Positions 41,709 to 50,630 of a stretch of 64,000 nt of DNA are shown in pieces (position 1 is the first letter of the stretch; each line of letters starts with the position of its first letter). Location of the stretch: positions 256,001-320,000 of the forward strand of contig JAHPZH010000002.1 in assembly GCA_019058315.1 (NCBI GenBank), read 5' to 3'. The DNA comes from Candidatus Helarchaeota archaeon (GTDB taxonomy: Archaea > Asgardarchaeota > Lokiarchaeia > Helarchaeales > RDOG01). The notes beneath the pieces are model-generated. The model had not been told where the DNA came from. It saw only the letters and a list, made by a program, of their open reading frames with translations, and made no database searches. The position numbers and the translations under genes are program-made.

Positions 41709-41732
41709 CTCTTTTTTTCTTTTTTTAATTTT
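41709..41732 (+). terminator. Oligo-T terminator region downstream of actin
   Basis: ctctttttttcttttttt shortly after the stop, between convergent genes. Confidence 0.5.
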
Positions 41733-41774
41733 AATAAAAATTCTTTAAAAAATAAGATTTATTTATAATTAATA

Positions 41775-44588
41775 TTATAGAAGTTGAGGTCCTTTCTTCT
41801 TTTTTTTCTCTTCCTCTTCAATCTGCTTTTCAACTTTTTTTAGTTTCTTTAAATCTTCTTCTGATAAATCTCGATCTATTTTCAAAAATGTAGGAGCTGC
41901 TTTGGCTTTTTTTAATTCTTCTTCCTTCTCTTTTATTATTAATTGATCTTCAGACAATACAGGACGAAACACAACATCTCCTAAAAGCATCAGAAATTCA
42001 TATAATTCGATTCTTTGCAATCTTTCCTTCTTATATTCTTCTAATTCCGCCTCTTTTTTACGTCCTTCATAAGGTCTTGATGCTAATAATCCCTCTTTTT
42101 GTTCTTCGTGTTTAAGTTTATAAGTTCGGGTCTCACCGGTCTCGTCCATGTATGTCACATAACTTGCTTTATCTTTTGCAGCTTTCTCTTGTAATTCGTC
42201 AAAATAGGACTTAGTTTTTTCTTTCTTAACTTCACCAACTACACCAGATTCCTCCCAATCTTTTTGACGTTCCGAATCCAAATCCTTAAATGAAGGTTCT
42301 TTAACTTTTTTATATTTTCTTTCTACTTTTTTAAATGGTTTATAATCTTCTGCTGCATATCTTGCAGTGTCCTTTAATTCAAGCTTTCTCTTACCTTTTA
42401 ACTCTTCCGGGATATAGTCTTTAGCTTTCTCTCTTGCATCATCCTTCAATTCTAGCTTTCTTTTTCCTTTTAATTCCTCTGGAATGTAATCCATAGCCTT
42501 ATAGCGAGCATCATCCTTTAATTCAAGCTTTCTCTTATAATCTTTATACTCTTCAGGGATGTAATCTTTTATTTCATCCTTATAATCATCAGTTAATTCT
42601 AATTTTCTCTTATATTTTAACTCCTCTGGAATATAATCTTCAGCCTTATAGCGGGCATCGTCCTTCAATTCAAGTTTTTTCTTATATTTTAACTCCTCCG
42701 GGACGTAATCTTCAGCCTTATAGCGAGCATCGTCCGTTAATTCAAGTTTTCTTTTATAATCTTTATATTCTTCAGGAATATAGTCAGTAATTTCTTCCTT
42801 ATAATCCTCCGATAGTTCTAGCTTTCTTTTGTATTTTAGCTCCTCCGGGACATAATCTTCAGCCTTATAGCGAGCATCATCCGTTAATTCAAGCTTTCTT
42901 TTATAATCTTTATATTCTTCAGGAATATAGTCAGTAATTTCTTCCTTATAATCCTCCGATAGTTCTAGCTTTCTTTTGTATTTTAACTCCTCCGGGACAT
43001 AATTCTTAGCTTGATAACGTGCATCATCCGTTAATTCAAGTTTCTTTTTATAATCCTTATATTCTTCAGGAATGTAGTCAGTAATCTCTTCCTTATAATC
43101 CTCAGATAGTTCTAGTTTCCTCTTATAATCTTTATATTCTTCAGGAATATAGTCTTTAATCTCTTCCTTATAATCCTCAGATATTTCCAGTTGTCTCTTA
43201 TACTTTAACTCCTCTGGAACATAATCTTTAGCTTTATAGCGAGCATCGTCTTTTAATTCTAGTTTTCTTTTATAATCTTTATACTCTTTGGGGATGAAAT
43301 CTTTAATTTCCTCTTTGTAATCTTCAGATAATTCAAGCTTTCTTTTATAATCTTTATATTCTTCTGGAATAAAATCCTTTATTTCCGCCTTATAATCCTC
43401 TGAAATCGCTTCTCTCTCTACTTTTTTATAAGGCATAAAATCTTTTATCTCTTTCTTATAATCATCTGTAATTTCTACTTTTTCCTTTTTTGGAACAGGT
43501 TTCCAATCCTTGGCAACAAATCTAGCTGTATCTTCAATTTCCAACTTTTTCTTTGGAACACCTTTTCCCGCTGCTGCATCAAGAATATCCTTACGTTGAG
43601 CATCAATTGTTTTAAAAGTTAAACCAGTTGGAACCTTAATTTTTCCCTTAATTGTTTGTGTTTTATCAGTAATTACTGTTTCATCTTGTTTCCATTGTTC
43701 AGCCATCGTCGCATCTATTTGTTTAAAAGTCGGTCCTGTATCATCCAGAAGTTGTTTCTTCATAGCAGGAGTTTCTTGGGTTGGTAATAGGTCAGATTGC
43801 ACTGTTTCTATTCGTTTATATGTACCTTCTGTATCCTCTAATAGTTCTTTTTTGTGAACAACAGGAGTGACTCCAGGCTGTAATAGAGATTCTTTAGTAC
43901 CAAATTGTTTAACCTCATCTTGAGGATAGGTAACTGGAGTCTGTTGAGCTTTTAATTTTGATTCTATTTCCTCTTCATATTGAAGGAAAGTTGGACTAGT
44001 AGTTTCTTCTATTTTTTGTTTTGGTTGTTCTGTGGGAATTTGATAGTCGATTTGTTTTTCTACTTGTTCATAAGTTGGTATGTATGTTTCAGGTATAGGT
44101 TGTTTTGTTATTTCTGGTTGTTCTATTTGGTTTTGATAACTTATTTGACCTTCTACTTGTTTATATGTTCCTTGATAGAGGGTTTCTTCAGAGGGAGTTT
44201 GACCATATTTGGGTGAAGGTTGGATGGTTTCTGGCATTTGTTCTTCAACAGTTTCATAAGTGGGTCTATAATATTCTTCTTGTTCCACATACGTTTCTGG
44301 AGGTTGAGTTGTTGGATAATCATAAGTTTTTTGTTCCTCTATGGGGGGTTGCTCAACAACAGGTTGCTGAACAGGAGGTTGAGGATAAGTAGCTGTTTCT
44401 TTTTGAGTAATAGCGGGGGGTATTGGTTCCGTCACTTGTGTTTTAGGAATACCTTGTCTACATTGAGGGGAACAAAAATCCCCTTCTATGAAGAAGCACT
44501 TTGAGCACATAAACCCTCCACAAACAGCACATTTATAATTATGTCGAGGGTTTTTTATATTTTTTCCACAACTTGAACAAATCGGCAA
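41775..44588 (-). CDS. 937-aa Zn-finger + P/Q/T/E linker + 24/25-aa tandem-repeat protein
   Basis: N-terminal four Cys pairs; repeats KRKLELSEDYKEEI.DYIPEEYKDY and KRKLEL.DDARYKA.DYVPEELKY. Confidence 0.85.
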   Translation of the reverse strand: MPICSSCGKNIKNPRHNYKCAVCGGFMCSKCFFIEGDFCSPQCRQGIPKTQVTEPIPPAITQKETATYPQPPVQQPVVEQPPIEEQKTYDYPTTQPPETYVEQEEYYRPTYETVEEQMPETIQPSPKYGQTPSEETLYQGTYKQVEGQISYQNQIEQPEITKQPIPETYIPTYEQVEKQIDYQIPTEQPKQKIEETTSPTFLQYEEEIESKLKAQQTPVTYPQDEVKQFGTKESLLQPGVTPVVHKKELLEDTEGTYKRIETVQSDLLPTQETPAMKKQLLDDTGPTFKQIDATMAEQWKQDETVITDKTQTIKGKIKVPTGLTFKTIDAQRKDILDAAAGKGVPKKKLEIEDTARFVAKDWKPVPKKEKVEITDDYKKEIKDFMPYKKVEREAISEDYKAEIKDFIPEEYKDYKRKLELSEDYKEEIKDFIPKEYKDYKRKLELKDDARYKAKDYVPEELKYKRQLEISEDYKEEIKDYIPEEYKDYKRKLELSEDYKEEITDYIPEEYKDYKKKLELTDDARYQAKNYVPEELKYKRKLELSEDYKEEITDYIPEEYKDYKRKLELTDDARYKAEDYVPEELKYKRKLELSEDYKEEITDYIPEEYKDYKRKLELTDDARYKAEDYVPEELKYKKKLELKDDARYKAEDYIPEELKYKRKLELTDDYKDEIKDYIPEEYKDYKRKLELKDDARYKAMDYIPEELKGKRKLELKDDAREKAKDYIPEELKGKRKLELKDTARYAAEDYKPFKKVERKYKKVKEPSFKDLDSERQKDWEESGVVGEVKKEKTKSYFDELQEKAAKDKASYVTYMDETGETRTYKLKHEEQKEGLLASRPYEGRKKEAELEEYKKERLQRIELYEFLMLLGDVVFRPVLSEDQLIIKEKEEELKKAKAAPTFLKIDRDLSEEDLKKLKKVEKQIEEEEKKKKKGPQLL
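42321..43553 (-). repeat. Coding tandem repeat array of 75-nt (A) and 72-nt (B) units, about 17 copies
   Basis: Near-identical DNA units, e.g. 'ttataatctttatattcttcaggaatatagtcagtaatttcttccttataatcctccgatagttctagc' recurs. Confidence 0.92.
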
Positions 44589-44978
44589 TAAAATTCCCTC
44601 TATGGGTTATTTTATTTTCAATATTTTATGATAAATAGTACATTTTATACTTTTTGATCATTTATATTAGAAATATTAACAAATTATAAAATATAATTCC
44701 TACATTTTAATTTAGAATAAAAATATCTTTTTTCTTAAATCATATATTCGTATGATTCATTAAATTTATTGGTTTTTATACTGAATTAATAATACCTAAT
44801 TACAAATTATATTAAATATGGAATTTCCTTAAAATCATAATCAATTATAGATATTGACTTTATTCGATAAAAATATTATAAACGATGAAATAAATAATAA
44901 TGATAGAACTACTATAATTGATTAAAAACTGTTTGCAATACACACCTAAAAAATTTAGAAAAAATATGGGATATAGAT

Positions 44979-45647
44979 ATGGAACGTGTGGATATAGAGA
45001 AAATCATTGCTGGAGTCGAAGCCCGGCGGATTATTCTAAATTGCTTATTAGATGGGCGAAAAACAGGGAGCGAAATAAGATGGGCTCTTGCAGACAGTTT
45101 CGATAGACGAATCGATGGTGTTTCTGACACTCTTTTATATTTTAATCTCCAACACCTCGAAAACTGTGAAATTATATCTCGGACAAAAGAATGGAAACTT
45201 AAATATTCTGAAATCCACCCAAGTAAAATTCAAAGTATTCGAAGATTTTTCCACAAGATTGTACCTATTACGATAATTGGAGGAATAGATGATGATATTA
45301 CTGTTATTCGAAGCCTCCGGAGTCGTTTACGTGTTGAAAAGTCAATGACCCCGCCAGAAAAATACTTTTTCATCGGACCGGAAACCCTAAGGAGAAAAAT
45401 TGCTGGTTTATTCCCTGATGTAAAACTTTTATATGCAAAAGAAGAAATATATAAAAATCCGGCCGAATTACGCGATTTTATCAAACTAGAAATGTTAGAT
45501 CCTGAGATAATGAACAATGAAGTTATAATTGATGTCTCTTCAGGATCTAGAGTTTGTTCATTAGCATTACTTAGCCTTGCTTATGAATATGGCCTAAGAT
45601 GCATTTATCTGGACGAAAATGAGAAGTTAACTTGGTTAATTGAATAA
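44979..45647 (+). CDS. wHTH + CARF-like domain transcription regulator
   Basis: N-terminal RRIILNCLL...LLYFNLQHLE..EII; C-terminal IIDVSSGSRVCSLALL...CIYLDE. Confidence 0.62.
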   Translation: MERVDIEKIIAGVEARRIILNCLLDGRKTGSEIRWALADSFDRRIDGVSDTLLYFNLQHLENCEIISRTKEWKLKYSEIHPSKIQSIRRFFHKIVPITIIGGIDDDITVIRSLRSRLRVEKSMTPPEKYFFIGPETLRRKIAGLFPDVKLLYAKEEIYKNPAELRDFIKLEMLDPEIMNNEVIIDVSSGSRVCSLALLSLAYEYGLRCIYLDENEKLTWLIE

Positions 45648-45661
45648 ATAGCGTATTTTAA

Positions 45662-46177
45662 TTATTTTTCTAAAATCTTATCTGTAAGGAGTCTAAATGC
45701 TTCTTCTACGTTTTCTCCTGAGCTAGCTGAAGTTTCAAAAAAGGGGAGTTTTTTCTTTTCACCATATTCTTTGCCCATATCTTTTGTAACTTTCCGTTCT
45801 TTATCTGCCAAATCCGATTTATTACCTAATAAAACAACTGGAACATCGCCACAATAAGTCCGAAGATTTTCAAGCCAGTCATCTAATTCATTAAAAGTCT
45901 CCTTTCGGGTAATATCATAAACCAGAATTGCTCCTTGAGCTTCAGAGTAGTAGTCTGGACGTATCCATTTGAATTTTATATCCCCTGCAATATCCCAAAT
46001 TTGTAGTAAAACTCTAATATTCTTATCTGGATAGTCTAAATATTTAATAGTGAAGTCTGCACCAATAGTTTTTAAATAAGACTCACTAAATTTTCCAGTA
46101 GTAAAACGTCGAACTAAACTTGTTTTTCCTACTGCTGGTTCTCCAATTGTAACACATTTAAATCCCAAAGTTCTCAT
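45662..46177 (-). CDS. Rab-like small GTPase
   Basis: GEPAVGKTS, TIGADF, WDIAG, NKSD, ETSAS. Confidence 0.92.
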   Translation of the reverse strand: MRTLGFKCVTIGEPAVGKTSLVRRFTTGKFSESYLKTIGADFTIKYLDYPDKNIRVLLQIWDIAGDIKFKWIRPDYYSEAQGAILVYDITRKETFNELDDWLENLRTYCGDVPVVLLGNKSDLADKERKVTKDMGKEYGEKKKLPFFETSASSGENVEEAFRLLTDKILEK

Positions 46178-46404
46178 TTAATTCCACCATAAATATTTAT
46201 AATTTTGGATTTCCTAATTGAGCTCCCTCTTTCTTCAATTTTTATTTACAACCATAATAAAGGGACTTTTTAATTTTGTATAACTTTCATAGTATATAAT
46301 TATTTTTTTATATCAATAAAATGATCTTATTTTTTATTTCTGTCGATATAATATGACATATTTTATACTATTTATGAGATTTTTATAAAGTATGATAATT
46401 TTTG

Positions 46405-47064
46405 TCATCTCTCTAGACTAAAATTTCGTTCTTTTTTATTGATTTTTATTCCATAAGAAATAATTCGAAATAATGCAGTTAAATTTGAAAATATTGCTAA
46501 AAAAATTAGCCCAAAAATTGGTAATAATATCAATGAAGAAATAGTTAGCACTAGTAATCTTTCTGATCTGCCTAAAAGACCAATATCTGTATCTTCCATT
46601 CCAAATTTTTCAGCTAATGATCTAGAATAGCTTGTAAGTAAAATTCCTATTATTGTGATAATTACCCATATATAGAGAGGTAAATAGTAATTGTAATTAG
46701 CATCTGATATAAGATCGGGTTCATAAAAAACGATGAAACCAAAAATCAAAATAAAATCTGTGTAACGATCCATAGTTGAATCGAAGAATCCTCCAAAATT
46801 TGATTGACTTCCTGTTAATCGTGCTAAGGCTCCATCCACCCCATCAAATAACATAATAAAGAAGATTATAATACCAAATAAAATCGAACCTATTATCGTT
46901 CCTGCAAAATAAAATAATATTACAGCTATTATTGCAAATATTGGTCCAATTAATGTAACATGGTTAGGTTTAACATTAACAGTAGCGAATTTTTCAGCTA
47001 TAAAATTAACTAATTTTCCTTTGAATAATTTCCTTATCCGAAATTTTGAGGGCAATAAATTCAC
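46405..47064 (-). CDS. CDP-alcohol phosphatidyltransferase (archaetidylinositol-phosphate synthase-like)
   Basis: PNHVT, DGVDGALAR...FGGFFDSTMDR, SYSR..AE, RSERL. Confidence 0.88.
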   Translation of the reverse strand: MNLLPSKFRIRKLFKGKLVNFIAEKFATVNVKPNHVTLIGPIFAIIAVILFYFAGTIIGSILFGIIIFFIMLFDGVDGALARLTGSQSNFGGFFDSTMDRYTDFILIFGFIVFYEPDLISDANYNYYLPLYIWVIITIIGILLTSYSRSLAEKFGMEDTDIGLLGRSERLLVLTISSLILLPIFGLIFLAIFSNLTALFRIISYGIKINKKERNFSLER

Positions 47065-47083
47065 TCAAATAATTTAACTAAGA

Positions 47084-48139
47084 TTAACTCAAATTTACAT
47101 CAATTATATTGTTTTTATAAATAATTGTATTTTTTATTTTAGAATCTTCTAAAACTTGTGAGTTTCCAAATACAATTGAATTTTTAATTTCTGAATTTGC
47201 TTCTAATCCACAATTATCATATATTGAAACATATGGACCTATTTTAGATTTAATTTTCGAATAACAATTCTTCCCAATTATTATAGGGGGTATGATTTCA
47301 GTTGTTGGATGAAATAAATTTATTCCAGGCAATTTCATATCCTTTATTTTTCCTTCTCTTAAAGGGCTGATATGGTTAATTGGTGTGATATTATTTTTTA
47401 ATGCAAACTGATTTACAACCAAGAGATCATTTAAATTATCCATATCAAACCAATAATCATTAGGAAAGTCAAAATAATTTAGTGGTTTTAAATTTTTAAT
47501 ATAAATATTTAAAGCGGAGGTAACATTTTCCGCATTTTGTGCTATCGCATCTTCAACATAATCAAAGATATCAGGAGAACAAATAGTTAAAGGGATAGCA
47601 ACCCCAAAAGCGTCCGATTTATTCAAAACGCGATTATTAAAACCAGATACTTTTCCATACTTAACGAATTTATGCTGTGAATTAAGGCGCGATTGAGAAT
47701 AAGTAAATACCTTAGTGCCCTGTTTGTGTTGTTTAGAAGAGTCAATAGCTATAGAAATAGACCCTTTCTTATGATATTGTGTTAAAGATGAAATTATTTT
47801 TGGACTTACGAATAAATCGGATGGGCATAAAATGAAATCTTCTTCAATATCTTGGTTCTTAGCAGAATAAAATGTATAAATCGGTCCTTTTTCATAATTT
47901 TTAGCCTGGACTATCTTTATATCCATAGATGGTAAATTTATTGTTTTTAAAAATTCAATTATTTGATCTTTCAAATGACCAACTAATATAATAATCTCAG
48001 AAACATTAGCTTTCTGAAAATTAAGAATTAGATGTTCAATTATTGGTCGATTTGCAATTGGTATTAAAGATTTTGGCGTCATATCTGAAAGGGATTTCAT
48101 TCCACTCCCTAATCCTGCTGCCAAAATAACAACTTTCAA
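47084..48139 (-). CDS. Sugar-phosphate nucleotidyltransferase with C-terminal beta-helix
   Basis: VILAAGLGS, PKSLIPIANRPII, W.DMD, IGPYV. Confidence 0.85.
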   Translation of the reverse strand: MKVVILAAGLGSGMKSLSDMTPKSLIPIANRPIIEHLILNFQKANVSEIIILVGHLKDQIIEFLKTINLPSMDIKIVQAKNYEKGPIYTFYSAKNQDIEEDFILCPSDLFVSPKIISSLTQYHKKGSISIAIDSSKQHKQGTKVFTYSQSRLNSQHKFVKYGKVSGFNNRVLNKSDAFGVAIPLTICSPDIFDYVEDAIAQNAENVTSALNIYIKNLKPLNYFDFPNDYWFDMDNLNDLLVVNQFALKNNITPINHISPLREGKIKDMKLPGINLFHPTTEIIPPIIIGKNCYSKIKSKIGPYVSIYDNCGLEANSEIKNSIVFGNSQVLEDSKIKNTIIYKNNIIDVNLS

Positions 48140-48149
48140 TAAAAATCTC

Positions 48150-48764
48150 CTAAAATGAAATTTTAATGGGTCCTTTACGAATTACTTTTGGAGGTCTTTT
48201 TGTTAAGTCTACAACTGTTGAAGATACTCCCAATTTTGAAGGTCCACCATCTAAGATTAAATCTACTAACTCACCAATTTGGCGGGTCGCTTCTTCAGCA
48301 TTGGTGGGGCTTTTCTGATTTGATATATTTGCACTTGTTCCAATCATTAGACCATTGCTTAAATGCGTAAGAAGCAAAGCAATCTTATTTTGAGGTATTC
48401 TAACAGCAACATTAGGCCGCCCTCCGGTAACAATTGATGGTAGACTGTCTAATTTGGGAATAATAATGGTTAATGGACCGGGCCAGTACGTATTTGCCAA
48501 GACCTCAACTTGCATATTAACCTTTGCAATACGTTTGATTGCATTTAAAGAAGATGCTAATATTGGTAATCCTTTTTTTTCATCTCTCCTTTTAATTATT
48601 AGAAGATTATTAACAGCCGTTACATTCATGGGATCTGTTCCTAGCCCATATACAGTATCGGTAGGATAGACCACTAATTTTCCTTGTTTGATAAATTCAG
48701 CTGCTTTATTTAAGACTTTTAGGTCTAATTTATTTGGATCGAGACTAATTATCTTATCATTCAA
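48150..48764 (-). CDS. tsaC: Threonylcarbamoyl-AMP synthase (TsaC/Sua5 catalytic domain only)
   Basis: YPTDTVYGL, K.R, WPGPLT, AVRIP, TSANIS, SSTVVD. Confidence 0.92.
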   Translation of the reverse strand: MNDKIISLDPNKLDLKVLNKAAEFIKQGKLVVYPTDTVYGLGTDPMNVTAVNNLLIIKRRDEKKGLPILASSLNAIKRIAKVNMQVEVLANTYWPGPLTIIIPKLDSLPSIVTGGRPNVAVRIPQNKIALLLTHLSNGLMIGTSANISNQKSPTNAEEATRQIGELVDLILDGGPSKLGVSSTVVDLTKRPPKVIRKGPIKISF

Positions 48765-48832
48765 AATTCTTCAACATATGATTTAATAAAGATCATTTAT
48801 TTTTTTAGCCAGTACTAAAGAATAGAAATGAA

Positions 48833-49366
48833 ATGATAAAAAAATTTAATTTTTTAATTTCTTGTCCAAGATTGCGTGAACGGGACGCTTGTGCAGAAAT
48901 GTGGTATTTTTTCTCCTTTATAGGGGATGAAGAGGCTAAATGTAGAAAATCCAAGTTTCCAGGCCTTTTATACGCAAAAACAACTTTGGATCCATTTAAT
49001 GCTATAAAAAAATTAAGAGAACTTGCTATGGATGATCCTTATTCCTTTAAATTGGTGTTAAAAATTCAGCCTATTGAAGATATAGTTCCTTCAGATATTG
49101 ATAAAATGATTGAATGGATTAAAAAAAAGGTTGGGAGTATCTTAAATTCTCAAACGTTTAAAATCAATGTAGAGAAAAGAATGACTGATTTAGATAGAGA
49201 TGAAATTATAAAGGCATTGGCAGAATATGTAGATAGAAAAGTTGATTTAACAAATCCAGATAAAATCATAATGGTTCAAATCTTGGGCGACTATACCGGA
49301 TTATCTATTATAGAACCAGAAGATATTATATCAATTCCTAAAATAATTGCTCAATCCCAAAAATAA
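48833..49366 (+). CDS. THUMP-domain protein
   Basis: TFKINVEKR, KVDLTNPDKII.VQILG. Confidence 0.85.
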   Translation: MIKKFNFLISCPRLRERDACAEMWYFFSFIGDEEAKCRKSKFPGLLYAKTTLDPFNAIKKLRELAMDDPYSFKLVLKIQPIEDIVPSDIDKMIEWIKKKVGSILNSQTFKINVEKRMTDLDRDEIIKALAEYVDRKVDLTNPDKIIMVQILGDYTGLSIIEPEDIISIPKIIAQSQK

Positions 49367-49368
49367 TC

Positions 49369-49965
49369 TCATTTTTCAAATACTAAAAATGCAATTCGAT
49401 TCAATATAATATCTTTCAGAGCCTCCATTTTATCATCCTGCTTACTAGAAACTGAAGTTGTTTCAATTTCTAATTGGGTGATATTAAAATTATTACATAT
49501 GGATTCGTATTTTTTTCCATCAATATTTAGAACTGATTCATTTTCAGTCCCATTTATCAATTCTGATATATTTAATTTTGAATTTTCAATTTCCTCCTTA
49601 GAATTTCCCAAAATAATCATAGCAATATTCTTTATTTCCTCATTTACACCAAATCTTTCAATTGCAACTTTTATTTGATGTTGCGCAGAAGTATATAATA
49701 AAATTTCAAGTTCTAATTTATTAGAGATATTCATTCCTTGTTTAAACGCTTTTAAAGAATGAATAACACTAAAAAATAAATGTTGCCAGCTCGCAATTAA
49801 CTTGGAATTAAAAAATTGAATAATAACTTTGTGATTATTTTGAATTTTACCAATTTCATCTTCTATTTCTCTATAACTAATCTTGATATTTGAAAATCCG
49901 GTTATATAAACCCATTTATAAGAAAATTCTTCATCTTTTAGTTCTTTGAACATTTTTTCTAACAC
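49369..49965 (-). CDS. cgi121: KEOPS subunit Cgi121
   Basis: HL.FS..HS.KAF..G.NIS..LELEILLY.SA.HQI..AI..FG. Confidence 0.85.
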   Translation of the reverse strand: MLEKMFKELKDEEFSYKWVYITGFSNIKISYREIEDEIGKIQNNHKVIIQFFNSKLIASWQHLFFSVIHSLKAFKQGMNISNKLELEILLYTSAQHQIKVAIERFGVNEEIKNIAMIILGNSKEEIENSKLNISELINGTENESVLNIDGKKYESICNNFNITQLEIETTSVSSKQDDKMEALKDIILNRIAFLVFEK

Positions 49966-49974
49966 TCTAACTTT

Positions 49975-50544
49975 CTACATAAAATCCAGTAATTTATCAA
50001 TGATTTCTTTTTCAACTTCGAGTTTAGATAGTTGATTTTTAATATTTGATATATCTTTTTTTGATTTTTGTAATGCATAAATAGTCTCGTTAATTTCCCA
50101 AGGATAAATTATCCAAGCATCTACTTCTTGAATATAAAAATCAGGGGTGAATTTAGAATGAGGTTTTTTATGTAGTGTAGCAGTTTTCATAACATCACAA
50201 CCTCTGCTTCTAATATAATTAGATATAAAATCCATAGTTTCCCCAGTATCCACCAAATCATCACAAATAAGAATTTTGCGATTTTTTATATTACAAGAAA
50301 AGTCGTTTATAAGTCTAGGTGATGATTTCTTTTGATTTATCGTTTTATAATATTCTAATTGTAATGTATCAATCTCTTTAACTTTAAGAAAATCAGAAAG
50401 TAATCTTGAAATTATAAGTCCTCCCCTTGCTAGACCTAATATTAAATCAGGAAAAAAGTCTTCTTTCTTAATTTTTTTTGCTAGTTCAAGACATTGAAAA
50501 TAGATTTTAGACCAATTGAAGTAGATATAATCCAATTTAATCAC
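49975..50544 (-). CDS. Purine phosphoribosyltransferase
   Basis: GLARGGL, ILICDDLVDTGET, WIIYPWE. Confidence 0.9.
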   Translation of the reverse strand: MIKLDYIYFNWSKIYFQCLELAKKIKKEDFFPDLILGLARGGLIISRLLSDFLKVKEIDTLQLEYYKTINQKKSSPRLINDFSCNIKNRKILICDDLVDTGETMDFISNYIRSRGCDVMKTATLHKKPHSKFTPDFYIQEVDAWIIYPWEINETIYALQKSKKDISNIKNQLSKLEVEKEIIDKLLDFM

Positions 50545-50630
50545 AAATTATACATTATATTGAAAGATTTAAAAGATTAGAAATTTAATTAAATTCGGTG
50601 AAACATAAGTAGATATCAAGGAGTAATATT

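Noticed and set aside
42321-43553. CRISPR array
   Set aside because: Units are contiguous in-frame coding repeats with no unique spacers, and no cas genes are present
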